DNA of 64,000 nucleotides from Bacteroidota bacterium (GTDB lineage Bacteria > Bacteroidota > Ignavibacteria > Kryptoniales > JAKASW01): NCBI GenBank assembly GCA_021812985.1, contig JAKAMG010000020.1:712-64711 (forward strand), written 5' to 3'. Positions within the stretch are counted from its first letter, which is position 1, and the number at the start of each line of letters is the position of its first letter. The position numbers and the translations under genes were made by a program. The notes beneath the pieces were generated by a model. That model was not told the origin of the DNA and did no database searches. It saw only the letters and a list, made by a program, of their open reading frames with translations. This document shows, piece after piece, positions 29,156-37,846 of the stretch.

Positions 29156-29932
29156 ATGCGTGTCTACCTGTTTGTCCCGTGCTTTATCGACCAGATATTT
29201 CCCAACGTTGCCGTCAGCAGCGTAAAGGTGCTTAGACACCTCGGGTGTGAAGTCGTCTTTCCGGAGAATCAGACTTGCTGCGGTCAGCCCGCATACAACT
29301 CGGGCTACACGGATGAGGCGAGACTAATGGCGACGCACGAATTGAATGCGTTGGTGGGACGGATCGCTCCTGCCGGAAGAACGGATTTTGATTTCAAACA
29401 TGATTACGTCGTCGGTCCTTCCGGGTCATGCATCGCCATGATCCGCAATTTCTATCCTGACCTTCTCTCCGGCGACACGGCCCATTCGCAGACTGCCAGA
29501 GACCTTGTTCCACGCGTGTTCGAGTTCACCGAGTTCATCACGAAGGTCATCGGCGTGGAAAAATTCAAGGGGCGACTTAAGGCAACCGTTTCGTACCACG
29601 ATTCATGTCATGGTTTGCGGGAGCTTGGGATTAAGGACGGTCCGCGCGAGATCTTAAAGAGAATCGAAGGGCTCAATCTCTCGGAGCTCCGATACGCCGA
29701 CGTTTGTTGCGGGTTCGGCGGGACATTTTCAGTCAAGTTCCCTGAGATTTCGATATCCATGGCGGATGAAAAGTTGAAACATTTCGACGAGACGAAAGCG
29801 GAAGTGCTCGTGTCGGCCGACTCGAGCTGCCTAATGCACCTTCAGGGCCGGGCGAGGAAGAAGGGTTCACCAAAACGTTTCGCGCACATCGCTGAGATTA
29901 TGGCAGAAAGCCTGGAGGGAGAGAAACATTAG
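29156..29932 (+). CDS. lutA: Lactate utilization protein A, (Fe-S) oxidoreductase with CCG domains
   Basis: 258 aa. MRVYLFVPCFIDQIFP..., two CCG motifs (QTCCGQP, VCCGFGG). Confidence 0.85.
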   Translation: MRVYLFVPCFIDQIFPNVAVSSVKVLRHLGCEVVFPENQTCCGQPAYNSGYTDEARLMATHELNALVGRIAPAGRTDFDFKHDYVVGPSGSCIAMIRNFYPDLLSGDTAHSQTARDLVPRVFEFTEFITKVIGVEKFKGRLKATVSYHDSCHGLRELGIKDGPREILKRIEGLNLSELRYADVCCGFGGTFSVKFPEISISMADEKLKHFDETKAEVLVSADSSCLMHLQGRARKKGSPKRFAHIAEIMAESLEGEKH

Positions 29933-29936
29933 CAAT

Positions 29937-31316
29937 ATGGACCTCCGCTCACGGCAATTCGCTTCCCTGTACAGGCATGAAATCAGCAACGGTCAGTTAC
30001 GTTCCAATCTGAGCAAGGCAACGCTTCAGGCGGTCGACAAGCGCGCCCAGTCGTTCCAGGAAGTCGACTTTCCCTTTCTCCAGAAGGAGGCCCGAAATAT
30101 AAAGCGTGAAGCCATCTCCAATCTGAACGAGCTGTTGTCCCGGTTTGAGGACAACGCGCGCAGAAATGGATGTAAAATTTTCTACGCACAGACTCCTGAA
30201 AAAGCCAACGCGTACATACTCGGTGTCGCTCAAAAGTTCGGCGCCAGGACTGCCGTCAAATCCAAATCGATGGTGACCGAGGAGATAGGCGTCGTTCCGT
30301 TTCTCGCGAAGTACGGGATTGAAGCGGTGGAAACGGACCTCGGAGAATACATAGTTCAGCTTGCTGGTGAATCCCCCTCACACATCACCACGCCGGCCAT
30401 ACACAAGTCCAGGACGGAAATCTCTCGGTTGTTCCACGAGAAAATCGGAACCGAGCTGAACGACGATCCGGCGTTTCTCACGGCAGAGGCCAGACGAGTC
30501 CTCCGCGAGAAATTTCTCTCTGCTGACCTAGGCATTTCAGGAGCTAACTTTCTAATCGCCGAAACCGGCGACGTCGTTATAGTCGAAAACGAAGGCAACG
30601 CGAGGCTCTCCACTTCAGCGGTCAAGGTCCACGTCGTCGTAACAGGAATCGAAAAGGTCATCTCGAATTTCTCCGATCTTAGAATCTTCATGAGACTTCT
30701 CGGGAGAAGCAGCACCGGACAGAAGCTGACAAGCTATGTTTCACTCCTCAGGGGTCCGAAGGGCGAAGACGAGACAGACGGGCCAGAAGAGGTTCATATC
30801 GTCCTTCTCGATAACGGAAGAAGCAATCTCCTCGGCACGGAGCATCAAGAAGTCCTGCATTGCATCAGGTGTGGCGCTTGTCTCAATGTCTGCCCCGTCT
30901 ACCGCAGCATCGGCGGCCACGCTTACGGCTCGGTCTACCCTGGTCCTATTGGGTCGCTTGTCACTCCTCTCTATTTCGGAAACGAAAACGCCCCGGACCT
31001 CCCTTTCGCCTCCTCGCTGTGCGGGAACTGCACGGAAGTGTGTCCGGTTGGAATTGAGATCCATCATCAGCTCCTGGCGATGAGGCATGAAATCAAGTCG
31101 AAATCCGGGACTTCCGTTGAGAGATTCATCTTCAAGAATTACAGGAAGACGATGCTGCGCCCAGGCAGGTACAGGCTGATGTCTAAAGTAGTACGCGCCC
31201 TCGCCCGGACTTCACTGCTCAGGCTACTGATGCGCGGCTGGTATCCTTACCGCGAGACCCCGCAGTTCCCTCCAAGGTCATTTCGCGAAATGTATAAGTC
31301 CGGAGAAATTAAATGA
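29937..31316 (+). CDS. lutB: Lactate utilization protein B, 4Fe-4S cluster-binding protein
   Basis: 459 aa. CIRCGACLNVCPVY and CGNCTEVCPVGI ferredoxin motifs plus an N-terminal LUD-type domain. Confidence 0.85.
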   Translation: MDLRSRQFASLYRHEISNGQLRSNLSKATLQAVDKRAQSFQEVDFPFLQKEARNIKREAISNLNELLSRFEDNARRNGCKIFYAQTPEKANAYILGVAQKFGARTAVKSKSMVTEEIGVVPFLAKYGIEAVETDLGEYIVQLAGESPSHITTPAIHKSRTEISRLFHEKIGTELNDDPAFLTAEARRVLREKFLSADLGISGANFLIAETGDVVIVENEGNARLSTSAVKVHVVVTGIEKVISNFSDLRIFMRLLGRSSTGQKLTSYVSLLRGPKGEDETDGPEEVHIVLLDNGRSNLLGTEHQEVLHCIRCGACLNVCPVYRSIGGHAYGSVYPGPIGSLVTPLYFGNENAPDLPFASSLCGNCTEVCPVGIEIHHQLLAMRHEIKSKSGTSVERFIFKNYRKTMLRPGRYRLMSKVVRALARTSLLRLLMRGWYPYRETPQFPPRSFREMYKSGEIK

Positions 31317-31969
31317 TGGAAGACGATCGCGAGAAAATATTCGCATCGATCCGAAAGGGGCTGCGACAATCGGAGAGATACTCGGCAGAAAGAAGCAGTA
31401 AGTCCCCGCTCCTTGACAAACCGGGACCAGATTTCTTGTCCCTCTTTGAGAAATTTCGGTCAGAGCTTAAAACACTTGGCGGGGAGGCGGTATCCGTTCA
31501 GGACGAGGCCGAAGCCTTTGAGCTAATAAACACCCGCTCTCATGCGAACGAAGCTCTCTTCATTTATGAAGAAATTAAGTCGAAATATGCGCTGCTGACT
31601 TCGTCGCTGAGTGAGCGTAAGTCGGTTAAATTCCAACCGGAATTTAGTCACGGCTATGACAGGCACGAGGCAGCCAAGTTCAAAGGAGTTGTTACAGGAT
31701 GTTACGCCTGTGTCGCGGAAACTGGCACCGTCATTCTCCGGACGGCCATGCGTCTCCCTGCTGCTCTAGCGACGCAGCTTTTCGTAGTCGCGCGCGGAGC
31801 GGACCTGCGGCCGTCATTGGATCAAATTTTTACCGAAGATACCGCCAGATTCGGCGGAAGCAATCTCTTTCTGGTGACCGGCCCGAGCAGGACGGCCGAT
31901 ATTGAAAAGCAGCTCGTGACCGGAGTGCACGGCCCAAAGGATGTGTTCGTAATATTCATGAAAAGTTGA
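31313..31969 (+). CDS. lutC: Lactate utilization protein C (LUD domain)
   Basis: 218 aa. ATGA overlap with lutB. Size and position match LutC/YkgG. The sequence motif evidence is weaker. Confidence 0.75.
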   Translation: MMEDDREKIFASIRKGLRQSERYSAERSSKSPLLDKPGPDFLSLFEKFRSELKTLGGEAVSVQDEAEAFELINTRSHANEALFIYEEIKSKYALLTSSLSERKSVKFQPEFSHGYDRHEAAKFKGVVTGCYACVAETGTVILRTAMRLPAALATQLFVVARGADLRPSLDQIFTEDTARFGGSNLFLVTGPSRTADIEKQLVTGVHGPKDVFVIFMKS

Positions 31970-31976
31970 GGGGCGA

Positions 31977-34166
31977 ATGAAGCAGGTTGTTCAAAACATG
32001 AAATCGGGCGAGATAAGAGTTGAGAGCATCCCCGCTCCAGCCGTGCGCTCGGGCGGGATACTCGTAAAGAACCACTACTCGCTGATCAGCGCAGGGACCG
32101 AGAAATCATCGGTCGATCTGGGCAAGATGAACCTGGTACAGAAGGCAAAGTCACGCCCTGACGACGTGAGGAAGGTGCTGAAGGAGATCAAGCAGAACGG
32201 ATTTTTCCCCACCTACAGAAAAGTCATGTCCAAGCTGGACTCCCTCAAGACGCTTGGGTACAGCAGCGCAGGAGTCGTCCTTGCAGTCGCGGAAGATTCA
32301 TCCCGATTCAAGCCGGGTGATCGTGTCGCATGCGCGGGCGCCGGTTACGCTACCCACTCGGATATTGTGTTTGTACCCGATAATCTTGCCGTCAGAGTTC
32401 CCGACGGCGTGGAACTGTCTGACGCCGCCTATACAACGGTGGGCGCCATTGCGCTCCAGGGAGTGAGACAGGCGGCCCCGACTATTGGAGAAAACGTCGT
32501 TGTCATCGGTCTCGGACTCGTAGGGCTGATTGCAGTTCAGGTATTGAAGGCGAACGGATGCAGGGTACTGGGCGTTGACACCGATCCAGAAAGCGTCGCG
32601 CTCGCCATGAGGCTCGGAGCTGACAAGGCGTGTCTCCGCACGGATGACGTGGACTCGATTACGGCGTCCTTCACTGACGGCTACGGGGCAGACGCGGTAG
32701 TCATCGCGGCCGCGACGAGATCAAGCGATCCCGTGCAACTCGCCGGTGAAATCGCGCGCGACCGCTCGAGGATCGTTATGATAGGTGCCACTGGCATGAA
32801 CATGCCGCGCGGACCGTACTATATGAAGGAACTTGAATTCAGACTCTCCCGGTCTTATGGCCCGGGGAGATACGATCGATCATACGAAGAAAAAGGGAAC
32901 GATTATCCGATCGGCTTCGTGCGATGGACAGAAAACAGAAACATGAAAGAGTTTGTTCATCTCCTCGAAGAGAAGAGGATGGATGTTAAGTCTCTTACTA
33001 CGCACAGGTTCCACTTGGCAGAAGCGACTCAAGCGTACAAACTTATAAGCGGAAGGAAGACCGAGCGGTACGTAGGTATTCTCCTCGAATACGACAAGGA
33101 GACCAACGAAGTATCTCCTCAAATCCAGACCGGGAAAGCATCGGAAGTATTTTCTCCTTCCACGGACTCCTTCAGAAAGACACCGTTGACAATCGGGTTT
33201 ATTGGCGCCGGCAGTTTCGCGCAGGCAAACCTTCTCCCTGCCCTCCGTAATTCGCAAGGGGTGGTGTTTGATACCGTTTGCACGGCGACGGGGGTCAGCG
33301 CGAAGACAGCTCAGGGACAGTTCGGGTTCGCCAGGACGACCACCGACTCAAATGCGGTCATGGCGGATCAGCGCATCGGAACCGTTTTCGTGGCGACCCG
33401 CCACAACCTCCACGCTTCACTTGCCCTGGAGGCACTGAAGGCCGGGAAGAACGTCTTTGTCGAGAAACCTCTAGCGCTGAAGGAGGAAGAACTCGTTGCG
33501 CTCGCCCAGTTCTACAGGGGAAACGACGAACATGAATTGCCGGTTTTGATGGTAGGGTACAACAGAAGGTTTGCTCCCCTGTCGCGGCAGCTCAAGTCGT
33601 TCTTCAGAGATTCCGGCGAGCCTCTGGTCGTGAACTACCGAATTAACGCCGGCTACATTCCAAAGAGTCACTGGACACAGGATCCAGTCGAAGGAGGTGG
33701 AAGAATCCTCGGGGAGGTGTGCCACTTCGTCGACTTCATAGCGTATCTGACTGATTCCAGAATAGAAAAGGTGTACGCGGAGTCAATATCTGCCGGTAAT
33801 TCGGCCGTGGTCAACAACGACAACTTAAACATTACTCTTAAGCTGACAAACGGTTCGCTCGGCATCATCACATACATTGCAAATGGCGACTCTGCCCTTC
33901 CAAAGGAACGCATCGAGGTTACTTCGGCGAAGAGGGCGGGCATCATCGACAATTTCCAGCTCGCATATTTCTATAAAAATGGCAAGGGCACCAAAGCAGG
34001 CACGGGTAAGGTTGACAAAGGCATCAAAGATGAGATCGCCGCGTTTATGCGTGCCGTCAACGTCGAACACAGGCCCCTCATACCCTTCGACGACCTAGTG
34101 AATACTTCGCTCGCAACACTCAAGGTCATCACCTCCCTTTCCGTCGGTGAGTCGGTTGCGGTCTAA
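31977..34166 (+). CDS. Bi-domain oxidoreductase: MDR/alcohol dehydrogenase-like N-half fused to a Gfo/Idh/MocA C-half
   Basis: 729 aa. N-half has VVVIGLGLVGLIAVQ (a Rossmann motif inside an MDR-like fold). C-half has TIGFIGAGSFAQANLLPAL and KNVFVEKPLAL, typical of Gfo/Idh/MocA. It starts 7 nt after lutC. Confidence 0.8.
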   Translation: MKQVVQNMKSGEIRVESIPAPAVRSGGILVKNHYSLISAGTEKSSVDLGKMNLVQKAKSRPDDVRKVLKEIKQNGFFPTYRKVMSKLDSLKTLGYSSAGVVLAVAEDSSRFKPGDRVACAGAGYATHSDIVFVPDNLAVRVPDGVELSDAAYTTVGAIALQGVRQAAPTIGENVVVIGLGLVGLIAVQVLKANGCRVLGVDTDPESVALAMRLGADKACLRTDDVDSITASFTDGYGADAVVIAAATRSSDPVQLAGEIARDRSRIVMIGATGMNMPRGPYYMKELEFRLSRSYGPGRYDRSYEEKGNDYPIGFVRWTENRNMKEFVHLLEEKRMDVKSLTTHRFHLAEATQAYKLISGRKTERYVGILLEYDKETNEVSPQIQTGKASEVFSPSTDSFRKTPLTIGFIGAGSFAQANLLPALRNSQGVVFDTVCTATGVSAKTAQGQFGFARTTTDSNAVMADQRIGTVFVATRHNLHASLALEALKAGKNVFVEKPLALKEEELVALAQFYRGNDEHELPVLMVGYNRRFAPLSRQLKSFFRDSGEPLVVNYRINAGYIPKSHWTQDPVEGGGRILGEVCHFVDFIAYLTDSRIEKVYAESISAGNSAVVNNDNLNITLKLTNGSLGIITYIANGDSALPKERIEVTSAKRAGIIDNFQLAYFYKNGKGTKAGTGKVDKGIKDEIAAFMRAVNVEHRPLIPFDDLVNTSLATLKVITSLSVGESVAV

Positions 34167-34242
34167 AGAGAGTCAACCCGGAAAGCCCCAGGCGTATAAA
34201 AGATGTGGAGTTGCAGTTGACATTTGACCGGAGTCTCGCGAA

Positions 34243-34908
34243 CTGAAGACACTCCTTACGATAGCCTCCTTCCTGGCAGTACTCGTGCAGGGGGCGAGCG
34301 CACAACAATTCTCGGCTTACGGAGGGCTTGGTGTCGAGTACTACAAAGCGGATGGTCTGTCCAACTACATCAATTATGCCGCCCCGGGAAGCCTCCTCCC
34401 CGGCAGTTATACCAGCGCGATAAACTTCCTCGTCGGCGGTGACGCGGCCGTGCTCAAACTCTGGACGATCGGGATCGAATATGACTACATGATCAAGACC
34501 GTCAACGGGAGCTCATCCGTCGGCTCACAAAAGGTGGACATTTCGTATTCGCTCCCTTCTTTGAAGGTTAGCAGACTCTTTCCGGGGACCGGGTACTCCG
34601 TCCGAATCGGAGCCGCCCTGGGCTATCATTTCGGCTCTTTATCTGCGTCATCCCCATACACTTCACAGACCTCGGACTACAGCGCGGGAGGTATCGGCGT
34701 GAAATTCGACGGGACGATGGACACGCGTCTTGGTGAGAGACTCTACGCTAGATTGGGCGTAAACGCAAGGACCGAGCTCATCGGCACTTTGAAATCAAGC
34801 ACGGGAGGGGAGCTGACTTATCTTGACTACAACACGGACAAGATGATTCCCGTCGAAATGCACATGTTCGGCGTAGGGGTAGTTTTCGGTCTCGTATATT
34901 ACTTCTAA
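34243..34908 (+). CDS. Small outer-membrane beta-barrel protein (start probably CTG)
   Basis: Alternating beta-strand pattern ending in GLVYYF (C-terminal Phe). The frame is open from 34228. The signal peptide KTLLTIASFLAVLVQGASA-QQ exists only if translation starts at CTG 34243 (GGAG 9 nt upstream). The track GTG start at 34285 would delete it. Confidence 0.6.
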   Translation: MKTLLTIASFLAVLVQGASAQQFSAYGGLGVEYYKADGLSNYINYAAPGSLLPGSYTSAINFLVGGDAAVLKLWTIGIEYDYMIKTVNGSSSVGSQKVDISYSLPSLKVSRLFPGTGYSVRIGAALGYHFGSLSASSPYTSQTSDYSAGGIGVKFDGTMDTRLGERLYARLGVNARTELIGTLKSSTGGELTYLDYNTDKMIPVEMHMFGVGVVFGLVYYF

Positions 34909-34934
34909 CATCGGGTAAATAATCAGGAGAATCA

Positions 34935-35756
34935 ATGGGCTCAGCAGCGGAAAGCATCATACTTGGAATCACTCAAGGGCTGACGGAATTTCTACCGGTA
35001 AGCAGCACGGCTCACCTCGTAATACTCCCAGAATTATTCAAATGGAATTCCCCTCTTCTCAACACCCTGACGTTCGACGTTGCCCTTCATCTCGGCACGC
35101 TACTGGCCGTCGTCGCATATTTCTTTAGGGATACCGTCGACCTTGTCACCGGTTTTGTGAGCGGAGTAGCGCGAAGAGATTTCAACGACAGCGGCAAGCG
35201 AAGGCTCTCCCTTCTAGTGGTCCTTGGCACGATACCGGCTGGGATACTCGGCGTCCTCCTTGAGAAATGGGTGGAAACCAAATTCCGGACACCGGCTATA
35301 CTGGCGGGAAGTCTGGTAGTCGTAGGTGTTCTCATGTTCTATTCCGAGAAGATATCCAAGCGCGTAAGGAAGGTTGAGAAGATGACGCTGAAGGAAGCGC
35401 TGATTCTCGGTTTCGCCCAGGCGCTCGCCCTCGTGCCGGGAACGTCGAGATCCGGCATCACAATCTCGTCAGGTCTACTCCTCGGCTTCGAACGCGAAGA
35501 GGCCGCAAGGTTCTCCTTCCTCCTCTCGATTCCCGTTATAGCCGGGGCGGCCCTGCTCAAGCTTCGTGTCTTCGTTCACGGCATACCGGCGGGCGACCTT
35601 GTGCCGTTAGTTTTTGGAACCGTAGCCTCAGCCATTTTCGGTTTTCTCTCTATTAAGTATTTTATGAAGTATCTCCAAAGGCATACGATGGGCGTTTTCG
35701 TCGTATACCGGTTCCTATTCGCCGCGATAATAATTATCTTCTTTTACATAAGGTGA
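34935..35756 (+). CDS. uppP: Undecaprenyl-diphosphate phosphatase
   Basis: 273 aa. GLTEFLPVSSTAHL and PGTSRSGITIS motifs; multi-pass membrane protein. Confidence 0.9.
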   Translation: MGSAAESIILGITQGLTEFLPVSSTAHLVILPELFKWNSPLLNTLTFDVALHLGTLLAVVAYFFRDTVDLVTGFVSGVARRDFNDSGKRRLSLLVVLGTIPAGILGVLLEKWVETKFRTPAILAGSLVVVGVLMFYSEKISKRVRKVEKMTLKEALILGFAQALALVPGTSRSGITISSGLLLGFEREEAARFSFLLSIPVIAGAALLKLRVFVHGIPAGDLVPLVFGTVASAIFGFLSIKYFMKYLQRHTMGVFVVYRFLFAAIIIIFFYIR

Positions 35757-35763
35757 GACAAAC

Positions 35764-36312
35764 ATGAAACTATCTATCATCGCACTCGCAATCGGATTAA
35801 TTGCCATAGGGTGCACATCGAAAGGTCACAACGTGGTACTCGAAACGAACCATGGTACAATTGAAATTGAATTGTTCGACAATGCCGCACCGGTAACTTG
35901 CGAAAACTTCCGCAAGCTGGCTGCGGAGGGCTTCTTCAACGGCCTCCAGTTTCACCGGATCGTTCCGGGTTTCGTGATACAGGGAGGCGATCCAAACACG
36001 CGCACTCCGAACAGGGCGACGTACGGCGAAGGCGGGCCCGGGTACACCCTCCCGGCAGAAATCTCGGAGCCCCATCTCCGCGGCTCGGTGGGTATGGCCC
36101 GGCAGGGGGACCAGGTAAATCCCCAAAGGAGATCGAGCGGAAGCCAATTCTATATATGCCTCAACGCTCTTCCCCAGCTCGACGGGCAGTACACTGTATT
36201 TGGAAAGGTGGTAAAGGGGATGGACGTCGCGGACAGCATTTCTAAACTTCCGCGAGACAGAATGGACGTGCCTATCGACCCCGTAATCATCGAGAAGGCG
36301 TACGTCAAGTAA
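35764..36312 (+). CDS. Cyclophilin-type peptidyl-prolyl isomerase, lipoprotein
   Basis: 182 aa. Lipobox LIAIGC; FHRIVPGFVIQGGDP; QFYICL. Confidence 0.9.
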   Translation: MKLSIIALAIGLIAIGCTSKGHNVVLETNHGTIEIELFDNAAPVTCENFRKLAAEGFFNGLQFHRIVPGFVIQGGDPNTRTPNRATYGEGGPGYTLPAEISEPHLRGSVGMARQGDQVNPQRRSSGSQFYICLNALPQLDGQYTVFGKVVKGMDVADSISKLPRDRMDVPIDPVIIEKAYVK

Positions 36313-37328
36313 TGAGCGATTTCCAGAAATTTGTGTCCGCAGCGAAAAGGGGGAAAGCCCCAAAGCTTTCCCTCATACACGGAAACGAGGACTACTTCAT
36401 TTCCAAAGCGGTGGATGCACTCCTCGAAAATATAATCAGTGAGGACCAGCGCTCTTTCAATCTCGACGTGTTCGATGGCACGGAGACTAGCTCCGAAGCT
36501 GTCTTGTCCTCTATCCTGAGTTTCCCTTTCGTCGGAGAAAAGAGACTAACCGTGGTAAGGCGCTTCGACAAGATGGACAAGAAAAACCGGACAGATATAG
36601 CCGAGCATCTGGCCAAGGTGCCCGACTCCAACATCGTCGCTCTTGTCGCCGGAGAGATAAAGTCCTCAGAGGAGCCTTACAAGACTATTGGCACCGTAGC
36701 TGAAGTGATAACTTTCAATCACCTAAAGGGCACGGACCTTTCCGAATTTCTTGACGCAACAGCTAAAACATTAGGGAAAGAGCTCGGTCCGGGCGCGGCC
36801 GACCTCCTCGTCGATATGATCGGTGAATCAGTTGGCGACCTGGTTTCGGAACTCGACAAGCTTTCTCTCTATGCCTCCGATCGACCGAGGATTGAGATAG
36901 AAGATGTAAGTACTGTCGTTGGCAAATCGAGGACGTTCAACATATTCGAGCTGCAGCGCGCTATCGGTCAGCGCAATTCGCAAAAGGCCGAGGAGATCGC
37001 CTTGAAGATGCTTGAGACTGGAGAAAAGCCCGTCTACATTGGGTTCATGCTGGCAAAGTACTTCCTTAGCCTGCTCGAAGTAAAGCACGATATCAATAAA
37101 GGGATGAACCCCAGGGATATTTCAACTGCCGTGTTCGGGCGGTGGAACCCCTTCATCGAAGAGTATACTCGTGCGGCGCGGGCCTATTCAGTCCCGGAAC
37201 TGAAGAAGGCTATATCTGTGCTCCTAGACGTGGATGCAAAGCTCAAGACTGGTGGGTACAACGATGCTGAAGCTGTCGTGGTACTGGTATCGGAACTCCT
37301 TGGCCGCAAAGCCGGGGTCGCTAGCTGA
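36312..37328 (+). CDS. holA: DNA polymerase III delta subunit
   Basis: 338 aa. N-terminal LSLIHGNEDYFISKAVDAL pattern with delta-like length and helical C-terminus. TAATG overlap with the upstream gene. Confidence 0.75.
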   Translation: MSDFQKFVSAAKRGKAPKLSLIHGNEDYFISKAVDALLENIISEDQRSFNLDVFDGTETSSEAVLSSILSFPFVGEKRLTVVRRFDKMDKKNRTDIAEHLAKVPDSNIVALVAGEIKSSEEPYKTIGTVAEVITFNHLKGTDLSEFLDATAKTLGKELGPGAADLLVDMIGESVGDLVSELDKLSLYASDRPRIEIEDVSTVVGKSRTFNIFELQRAIGQRNSQKAEEIALKMLETGEKPVYIGFMLAKYFLSLLEVKHDINKGMNPRDISTAVFGRWNPFIEEYTRAARAYSVPELKKAISVLLDVDAKLKTGGYNDAEAVVVLVSELLGRKAGVAS

Positions 37329-37758
37329 GCGACGGCAGTTTCCTGGAAATCACGGCAAGCGTCAGGCGGCTGATGCATACTAGCTTGCCCCCATCATCCT
37401 CTATTCTTATCTCCCATACTTGAGTCTTGCGTCCTACGTGTATCGGCTTCGCGGTGCCGTAGACGTAACCTCCTCTGACACTTCGTATGTGGTTCGCGTT
37501 TATCTCCATCCCGACGCAGTACTCCTTCTCGGAGTCGAGCACAAGCATCCCTGCTATGCTGCCGAGAGTCTCTGCCAACGCCGCCGAGGCGCCACCGTGA
37601 AGTATGCCGTAAGGTTGAACTGTTCTGGAATCTACAGGCATCTTTCCCTTAAGATAATCCTCACCCACCTCAGTCAGTTCAATTCCGATGCTCTCGGACA
37701 TCGTCCCGGAGTTAAGCCTGTTCAGTTGGTCGATCGTTACCCTTCTGAAAATTCCCAT
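37321..37758 (-). CDS. PaaI-type hotdog-fold thioesterase
   Basis: GILHGGASAALAETLGS motif. The ATG at 37758 (MGIFRRV...) is preferred over the TTG at 37776. Its 3' end overlaps convergent holA by 8 nt. Confidence 0.8.
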   Translation of the reverse strand: MGIFRRVTIDQLNRLNSGTMSESIGIELTEVGEDYLKGKMPVDSRTVQPYGILHGGASAALAETLGSIAGMLVLDSEKEYCVGMEINANHIRSVRGGYVYGTAKPIHVGRKTQVWEIRIEDDGGKLVCISRLTLAVISRKLPSLS

Positions 37759-37846
37759 CGTCAGATGCGTTTCCAATGTTCTCTGGTTATAGTCCTTAAG
37801 AAGTGAGGAGGGCCTGCTGAAATCTCAGACCCGTCCATGGCCACCG

